Sequence record: OP172785
Direction: 5' to 3' (one strand)
Source of the DNA: Escherichia phage ECO07P2
DNA: 64,000 bases
Of the stretch, positions 58,180-64,000 are shown in pieces. The notes beneath the pieces are model-generated. The model had not been told where the DNA came from. It saw nothing but the letters and a program-made list of their open reading frames with translations, and made no database searches. Within the stretch, counting starts at the first letter, position 1. Each line of letters opens with the position of its first letter. A program made the translations under genes and the position numbers.

Positions 58180-58439
58180 TTAAAGTATTCCCGCAATTGG
58201 TCAAATCCACCAATATGACTTCCATCAGGAGCAAATACTTGCGGCATCGTCAGTCCAATTTGAGTATCACGACCCAGTTTAGTTAGAAGCTCAGCGATTT
58301 TCTCATCATCAAAAACACCTTTTTCCGGCATAATGCTGATAAATTCAAACGGCTGTTTCTTCACAGTCAAGAGACGTTTTGCATTATCGCAATACACACA
58401 TTTGTGGATGTTGCTATCATAACCATATACTTTAAACAT
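58176..58439 (-). CDS. nrdC: NrdC thioredoxin/glutaredoxin
   Basis: 87-aa ORF MFKVYGYDSNIHKCVYCDNAKRLLTVKKQPFEF with CVYC active site as T4 NrdC. Confidence 0.9.
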   Translation of the reverse strand: MFKVYGYDSNIHKCVYCDNAKRLLTVKKQPFEFISIMPEKGVFDDEKIAELLTKLGRDTQIGLTMPQVFAPDGSHIGGFDQLREYFK

Positions 58440-58440
58440 A

Positions 58441-58683
58441 TTATTCCTTAATTCCTAGTACTTGTTTAAAAGTCTCGTCGTAATCAAGACTTTGACCTGT
58501 TTGTTCTTTATGTTTGTATATAATATCACTTACTTCTGATAGCATATTTTTATATGAACGAGTTAAAGCAGATTTAAGCACGCTATATCTATCAGGAAAT
58601 TTACCGTGTTCATTATAATACGCTATTGCTAATTCACGGACTGCCTTTTCAGCAGTCTCCATATATTCTTTACGCTTTGTCAT
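58441..58683 (-). CDS. hypothetical protein (80 aa)
   Basis: Track ORF. Confidence 0.5.
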
Positions 58684-58987
58684 TTTCTTCTCGGTTAAAT
58701 CGGTGTTTGCAATGACGGCATTTATAACGAAGATTACTAGTCTGCCAATGGACTAATTGAACCTGTTCAGTACCGCATTTTGGACAGTTCGGAACATTCT
58801 TAGAAGCCCTTTCGCGACGTTCAACCATAGCCATAATAGCATCCCAAGCAGGAGGTTTAAAGTCTAGATCGTCACAACCATGAATCTTTCCGCGCATTTC
58901 TAGATCGTCTTCTTCACCAGCCATAATAATTTTAATTAGACTGGAATTACTTGAAGCTGCAATATCTTCTAATAAACGCTTTTTCAT
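58670..58987 (-). CDS. zinc-ribbon protein (105 aa)
   Basis: CPKCG ... CRHCKHRF four-Cys motif. Confidence 0.55.
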
Positions 58988-59913
58988 TTCAGTACCTCAA
59001 TAGCATCACGTAAACCATTTGCTTTTGCATTAAGAGCTTTTAACAATTTGGTATGTTCGGCAATCTGAGCTTCAACTTCAATCAAACGAGCATTGAGATA
59101 TTCACGTTCTTCGCTCAGGTTATCAACCTTTTCTACTTTAGGTTCTTTTACAACTGGCTTATATGTATTAGGATTCTTCAGTTTAATTAGAATGCGTGAA
59201 CTGTATAGCATTGAACCATTATCTTCGGTTTCGTCATACATTTCCACTACGTCCATCATCTCCACCATCGTGCAGAGTTTATAAGACAACGAACGAATAG
59301 TTTTGTTGTGCTTATTAATTTCTCTAGCTGTCATGGTGCCGAGATTACGTGAGTAATAATAAGGAACCTGGATATTAATTAATACTGATGAACCACCTGG
59401 CTTGTGTGTTACTTCATCAGCAATAACCCAGTCCTTAACATGAACTGTATTTGTACGGTCATCGCCTGCGGTAAATAGTCTGCGAGCATGCTTAAAAAGC
59501 ATATTCACTTGGTCGTTGAATTGACAAGCAAATTTATCAGCAAATTTAGTTTCAGGAATGGTAGATAACCAATCAGCCAAATGGGTCTTTTTAACATTGT
59601 TAACAATAGTAAATTCAACCAAATCAGTTATAGATGTCTCAGATTTAATAAAGCTCGGCTTCATAAAGTTTTTAATGTTATCACGAGCTATCACAGAAGA
59701 TAGTAATCGGGAACGTTTGAACCACTCTAGCAAAGAACCAAGAGAATGTGAATACGCATTTTGTGTATCTTTACAAATATGGTTTTCCCATCCAATATAG
59801 TCTAAAAAATCACGAAGAATATTATTGATTACTGCTCTGTGTCCTATCTGATAATTACGATGTTTAGTAATAAGACTATCAAAATAATCAATATAATGTT
59901 TACGAGTTTTCAT
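58984..59913 (-). CDS. hypothetical protein with C-terminal coiled coil (309 aa)
   Basis: N-terminus MKTRKHYIDYF; C-terminal heptad-rich [44 protein letters not shown]. Confidence 0.6.
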   Translation of the reverse strand: MKTRKHYIDYFDSLITKHRNYQIGHRAVINNILRDFLDYIGWENHICKDTQNAYSHSLGSLLEWFKRSRLLSSVIARDNIKNFMKPSFIKSETSITDLVEFTIVNNVKKTHLADWLSTIPETKFADKFACQFNDQVNMLFKHARRLFTAGDDRTNTVHVKDWVIADEVTHKPGGSSVLINIQVPYYYSRNLGTMTAREINKHNKTIRSLSYKLCTMVEMMDVVEMYDETEDNGSMLYSSRILIKLKNPNTYKPVVKEPKVEKVDNLSEEREYLNARLIEVEAQIAEHTKLLKALNAKANGLRDAIEVLK

Positions 59914-59929
59914 GTTCTTCTCACTTGGT

Positions 59930-59965
59930 TAATGATTTATACTCCGAGCCATCCTTGGCTTTAAA
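59930..59965 (-). promoter_or_regulatory. promoter-like element (TATAAAT -10 with CCAAGGATGG spacer)
   Basis: Minus strand TTTAAAGCCAAGGATGGCTCGGAGTATAAAT. Confidence 0.4.
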
Positions 59966-60967
59966 TTACTTAATTAACTGTAAAGCTTGTTCAAGACGAT
60001 CCAGACGATTAACAGATTCTTCCCAAATCCTTTTAGCCTGCTCATATTCTTTCTGCGCTTTATTAGAAATTTCTAGAACTTCTTTATAAGCCTTTTCTAG
60101 TGCAATAACTTCTGGACGAATTTCTACAGGTTCAGGCGAATCATCAAGATTATCCATTAGTTCCTCAAGTGTAATTTCTTCTTTAGGAGTATTCACAATT
60201 TCATCACATTTTTGTTGGTAAATTTCTTTATCAGTCGGTGAGTACGCACATTTCACTTCACGAAGACTAACTACAATTTTATATCCTTCCCAACCGCATA
60301 TATTCTTAAAAGGATACGTATGAATATTTTCTACTGTTTCCATACAAAGTAATGCGGTTTCTAATTGACGAGTTATAGTGCTAGCAATTGAGAAAAATTT
60401 ATTAATATTCTTTTGGTTAGTTTCTGGTGTAAAAAATCCATAATTCACAAAAATAGATACTTTATTTTTATCAAGTTCATATTCTTTTATGATAATCATA
60501 TCAGAAGCCAAAGGATGAATTTGACGATAATCGCCATAACATAATTTAGAAGCTGATTTTAGAATCTGTCCTTTGAAAAGCCTGAAATTACTAATCCAAC
60601 GACGAGTAAAAATATTCTCAGGGTCTTCTTTATTATTAAGATGATAAGAATTAACATCACCGAACCAATTATATCCTATTACATCTTTGGTTCGTTTAAT
60701 TTCTTTCCCAAAATTACCAAGAATATCCCGATTAACCAAATATGAAAGAAGACGAGACTCTTTAAAGGTTTTCTTGATAACATCTTTATCTACACGACTA
60801 GAAATTTTACGAATTTCATGAATAAATTTAGTAGAAGAAACAATACCTGCATCAACACTATTGAGCCATTGATTGATAATAGAAATAACGCTATTTTGGC
60901 CAAACAACGGTATAGCTTTATCATCAATAACGCTATTGAATGATTTGATATATTCGTTACGAGTCAT
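59966..60967 (-). CDS. hypothetical protein with C-terminal coiled coil (~333 aa)
   Basis: Track start trimmed to MTRNEYIKSF after SD GAGGAG and promoter; C-terminal KAQKEYEQAKRIWEESVNRLDRLEQALQLIK. Confidence 0.6.
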   Translation of the reverse strand: MTRNEYIKSFNSVIDDKAIPLFGQNSVISIINQWLNSVDAGIVSSTKFIHEIRKISSRVDKDVIKKTFKESRLLSYLVNRDILGNFGKEIKRTKDVIGYNWFGDVNSYHLNNKEDPENIFTRRWISNFRLFKGQILKSASKLCYGDYRQIHPLASDMIIIKEYELDKNKVSIFVNYGFFTPETNQKNINKFFSIASTITRQLETALLCMETVENIHTYPFKNICGWEGYKIVVSLREVKCAYSPTDKEIYQQKCDEIVNTPKEEITLEELMDNLDDSPEPVEIRPEVIALEKAYKEVLEISNKAQKEYEQAKRIWEESVNRLDRLEQALQLIK

Positions 60968-60994
60968 ATTAATCTCCTCAGTAGAAAGTAAGAA

Positions 60995-61025
60995 CATTAT
61001 ACCACATCCTTGTGGCAAAGTAAAC
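60995..61025 (-). promoter_or_regulatory. early promoter GTTTAC-18-TATAAT
   Basis: Minus strand GTTTACTTTGCCACAAGGATGTGGTATAAT. Confidence 0.6.
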
Positions 61026-62053
61026 TAGTTTAGTGCATTTAGTGCATTGTTCAGTTTAGAACGTTGCTTCGTGAGATTTTTAACTTTTTCTTGAGCTTTT
61101 TCTAGCATCTTTTCAGCTTCTAGCACTTCATTAGTCGCTTTAACGAGTTCATCATCTACTGCCTTAAGAGACTTCTCAATCGCATCAGCATGCCATTTTT
61201 CAACAGGTTTAAGACTCGGATTTTCAGTAGGAAGAAAACTCACTTTATTAAGTTTACATGCATCTATATTGCTTGAGCTATACATCCAAAATTTAGGATC
61301 GTTTGATGAGTAATTGGATAAATTTAAATTTAAGTTATCTTGCACTTCCTGCTTTTTCTCTTGCGTGACTTCGTCCTTTCTCAAAAAATCGTATTTAAAT
61401 GAAACGATCATATCAAGTTCATATGTTGTTGTGTCTAATTTAAATCGTTCGAAATGTTGTGAAATCTTAGACTGAACAGCAGCAACAACATCCATATACT
61501 TAAATGCTTCTGTCAACTGCGATTTAAGGCATTCGCAAATTGAAAGAGAATTTTTTGTATTAGGTTTAAAGCTAATTCGTGCAGTTCTATTATTTTCTTT
61601 TAATGGTCTTACTTCCATCTGAAGAGTATAACCATCAAATTTCAGATTCTTTAAGTTAATATCAGAACCTTTTAATCGACTCGCAGTTGATAAAATTTGC
61701 TTTAATTGTCTACGGAACAGAGCAATAAATCTCCATTCAATACGATAATGATTTGGATTGAAAAATCCAGATGATAAATCGACCTTACTTTGACCAATGC
61801 CTTGAACAAATAAAGGATTTTTATAATCAATAGTTTTACAGAAATCGGTGAGCTGCTCACGAGCCGTCATTTGCGTAATATACCCTGCTTTACTAAAATT
61901 ACTCACCCATTCACTGCTATTCAGATATTTAAAGTGATGAATAACACGATTAACTTTATCAGGGTCTAAATTATTTTCACACAAAAATATCATAGCATCA
62001 CGAGTATAGCTGGCATTACGAACCATATCTTCAATTTGAGAACGAGTTTTCAT
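61025..62053 (-). CDS. hypothetical protein with C-terminal coiled coil (342 aa)
   Basis: N-terminus MKTRSQIEDMV; shares W..F.LF..Q.L.SAS.L segment with 59966-60967 product; ends LNNALNALN. Confidence 0.6.
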   Translation of the reverse strand: MKTRSQIEDMVRNASYTRDAMIFLCENNLDPDKVNRVIHHFKYLNSSEWVSNFSKAGYITQMTAREQLTDFCKTIDYKNPLFVQGIGQSKVDLSSGFFNPNHYRIEWRFIALFRRQLKQILSTASRLKGSDINLKNLKFDGYTLQMEVRPLKENNRTARISFKPNTKNSLSICECLKSQLTEAFKYMDVVAAVQSKISQHFERFKLDTTTYELDMIVSFKYDFLRKDEVTQEKKQEVQDNLNLNLSNYSSNDPKFWMYSSSNIDACKLNKVSFLPTENPSLKPVEKWHADAIEKSLKAVDDELVKATNEVLEAEKMLEKAQEKVKNLTKQRSKLNNALNALN

Positions 62054-62061
62054 GGTATTCC

Positions 62062-62973
62062 TTAAGATTTAAGTAAATCAACGATTTTAATTAACTTTTC
62101 ACGCTCAGATTTAGCTTTACTACTCAATCCAGATAGTCTGAAAATTTCATCGTCATATTGTTGAATAGAAATATTCAGCTCTTCAATCTGCTTATTAAAA
62201 TAATCAATTTGTTCAGAATGTTTTTCGTTACTACGAACTGGTACAGGTTTTGTAGGCAATGTAGTTGAACTGGATTCATTCGGGCGATAAATTAAAATAC
62301 AACTTGAACCAATAGGGCATTTTGCACCAGATGAATATTCTAATGTTCCAGCTTCTTTTAAAACTTCAAAAGCTAAACAGAGATGATGCCCCATATTGAC
62401 ATAATCTGTAGAGTGGGCTCTGATGTAATAATCATCTCCACGAATACTAAATTTAAAGCATTTAAGGTCTTCTGTATTATTGGTCTTAAAAATCATTTGT
62501 TTATCTAGACCTTTAGCTAATCGAGCGCCCAATGCTAATAATCGTCGTTGATTTTCCCACAAATCCGCAATCATTTGGTCGAATGATAATTTTGGCATTA
62601 GTCGACCATAAAGGTCATATCCTTTATTATAATTACGAAGGATTTCGCTCGCATTAATACGAGACAACGCTCCAATTTTATTAAGGGCTTTCATAATGCG
62701 ATTAGATAAACTCATTCCAGACCCGGTTGTTCGCTGCAAATGTTTTTCTAATCCAAATCCAATATCAACTTTAAACTTATCTAAAATTTCAGCATGAACA
62801 TCTTTGTCGATAACATTCAAATCCAAAGTTGGGTTAAATCTATGAAAAAATTTATCTGGCTCTCCACGACGAAGTACAGTCCATTCATTCATCATTTTTT
62901 TATTAACTAAAGATTTAATTACTGCATTGACATTATTAATTACTACTGACATATTTTCCTCACTCAATTTCAA
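62062..62973 (-). CDS. hypothetical protein with C-terminal coiled coil (303 aa)
   Basis: Track ORF; C-terminal QIDYFNKQIEELNISIQQYDDEIFRLSGLSSKAKSEREKLIKIVDLLKS. Confidence 0.6.
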   Translation of the reverse strand: MKLSEENMSVVINNVNAVIKSLVNKKMMNEWTVLRRGEPDKFFHRFNPTLDLNVIDKDVHAEILDKFKVDIGFGLEKHLQRTTGSGMSLSNRIMKALNKIGALSRINASEILRNYNKGYDLYGRLMPKLSFDQMIADLWENQRRLLALGARLAKGLDKQMIFKTNNTEDLKCFKFSIRGDDYYIRAHSTDYVNMGHHLCLAFEVLKEAGTLEYSSGAKCPIGSSCILIYRPNESSSTTLPTKPVPVRSNEKHSEQIDYFNKQIEELNISIQQYDDEIFRLSGLSSKAKSEREKLIKIVDLLKS

Positions 62974-63367
62974 TTTTACTAAATATACAGAATATGATTG
63001 AACAGACTACATAAGCGCCACACACGGATTGAACTAATACCATCCCAAAGAACCAAACAATATTATCAAACAGTGTCTGTTTTACGTCGAAAGGACGTAA
63101 ACTTACAGTAATATTATCACCTTTTTCTATTGAAGAATACATCTCTGGGGAAATATATTCACTAAATCTATAACCGTCTTTGAGTTCATATACGGCAATA
63201 AACGATAAACTAGACCCTTTTCCTTGTGTTCCTGTAATGGTATTAACTACAGTAACATCATAATCTTTATAATGCATATAATCATTAATTGCGTAATAAC
63301 CATATGCAACTACTACACATAAACAACATATCAATAAATTCAATCTTTTAATTATCAACTGTTTCAT
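62960..63367 (-). CDS. hypothetical membrane protein (135 aa)
   Basis: N- and C-terminal hydrophobic segments (LLICCLCVVVAYGYYAI ... IVWFFGMVLVQSVCGAYVVCSIIFCIF). Confidence 0.55.
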   Translation of the reverse strand: MKQLIIKRLNLLICCLCVVVAYGYYAINDYMHYKDYDVTVVNTITGTQGKGSSLSFIAVYELKDGYRFSEYISPEMYSSIEKGDNITVSLRPFDVKQTLFDNIVWFFGMVLVQSVCGAYVVCSIIFCIFSKIEIE

Positions 63368-63389
63368 AATAATCTCAATTAAAAGGGCT

Positions 63390-63420
63390 TAGAACCATTA
63401 TACCATCCTTGGTATAAAGC
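63390..63420 (-). promoter_or_regulatory. promoter-like element with extended -10 TGGTATAAT
   Basis: Minus strand CCAAGGATGGTATAATGG upstream of 62960-63367. Confidence 0.4.
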
Positions 63421-63422
63421 GG

Positions 63423-63950
63423 TTATGCGAGTACCGTCTTTAACCGTTCTTCAAACTTCCGAAGAGTATTTTGGCGTTCAGCTCTTTGCTTTTTGTAAGT
63501 TTCAATACGCTCTGAAATGAGAGTGTATCGTTCATTCACTGATTCTTTCATAAAATCAGGAATTTCACGAGAAGCTTTAATCTCGTCAAATTTATCAATA
63601 ACAGCTTGCTCTTCAGCAATTAAGTTATCATACATTAAAATATCTTTCTTGATGAACTCAATATCTTCTTGAGTTACACGAGATAATTTAGATGCTTTAT
63701 CCTTTTTGTACTGTTCATTAGTATCACGAGACCAGTGTAATGTACGATTTTTATTCGTATTCTTGTAAATTTCTACAATACCAATCTCATCAATAATAAC
63801 GATCCAATTCCAACGTGATTTGTAAATTTGTCCTCCATCAACAGTGATTTCACCTCCGATTGAGATGTCGTTAAAGAACTTGCTTTGTGCTTCAGATTTA
63901 AATTTACCATCGTTGTAATTTACCAAGTTGAAAATATCTTTAGCGTTCAT
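63423..63950 (-). CDS. hypothetical protein (175 aa)
   Basis: Track ORF MNAKDIFNLVNYNDGKFKSE preceded by conserved leader GGAGGAACAGAAAATG. Confidence 0.55.
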   Translation of the reverse strand: MNAKDIFNLVNYNDGKFKSEAQSKFFNDISIGGEITVDGGQIYKSRWNWIVIIDEIGIVEIYKNTNKNRTLHWSRDTNEQYKKDKASKLSRVTQEDIEFIKKDILMYDNLIAEEQAVIDKFDEIKASREIPDFMKESVNERYTLISERIETYKKQRAERQNTLRKFEERLKTVLA

Positions 63951-64000
63951 TTTCTGTTCCTCCGTAGTTGATAGTTGTATAGTACCACAGAGGAACAGTC
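63951..64000 (-). promoter_or_regulatory. conserved promoter/leader cassette (truncated by window end)
   Basis: ttctgttcctccgtagttgatagttgtatagtaccacagaggaacagtc, near-identical to the copy at 10483-10531. Confidence 0.45.

Noticed and set aside
7351-64000. Possibility that the repeated ~55-nt elements form a CRISPR array
   Set aside because: Copies are 1-25 kb apart, sit upstream of different genes, contain promoter hexamers and SD sequences, and have no spacer organisation; they are promoter/leader cassettes.
1-64000. tRNA or other structured RNA genes
   Set aside because: No cloverleaf-sized conserved structures seen; the GC hairpins are 12-20 nt simple stem-loops, too short for tRNAs. 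Not excluded without a covariance-model scan.

Overview
The window reads as a T4-type (T-even, Tequatrovirus-like) myovirus segment, and I did not find a clear multi-gene system that is new; the most promising undescribed loci are listed in the findings. Bases 1-4601 carry plus-strand late genes: the 3' end of gene 36, long tail fiber gene 37, chaperone gene 38 and holin t. The remaining ~59 kb is almost entirely minus-strand early/middle genes in T4 order: asiA, arn, motA, 52, ac, stp, ndd, denB, rIIB, rIIA, 39, dexA, dda, modA, modB, soc, 56, 61, sp, dmd, 41, 40, uvsX, 42, imm, 43, regA, 62, 44, 45, rpbA, 46, 47, a-gt, 55, nrdG, nrdD, 49 and nrdC, interspersed with many small ORFs of unknown function. 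Early promoters (GTTTAC, 18 bp, TATAAT-like) and GC-rich tetraloop hairpins recur at gene boundaries. Differences from the T4 layout as I recall it: the topoisomerase large subunit is one uninterrupted gene, nrdD is uninterrupted, I recognised no homing-endonuclease genes (one ORF at 23646-24392 has a degenerate HNH-like motif), and a DxD-type glycosyltransferase sits where beta-gt would be. The strongest candidates for undescribed biology are the tandem coiled-coil-tailed proteins at 58984-62973, the expanded 61-41 interval, and the lipoprotein/small-protein pair between imm and gene 43. All identifications rest on reading the translations and remembered family features; no searches were run. 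Coordinates for features absent from the ORF track (small ORFs, promoters, hairpins) were counted by hand and may be off by 1-2 nt. Several ORF-track starts appear to be upstream extensions (including non-ATG starts) and were trimmed where a promoter or ribosome-binding site lies inside the track ORF.
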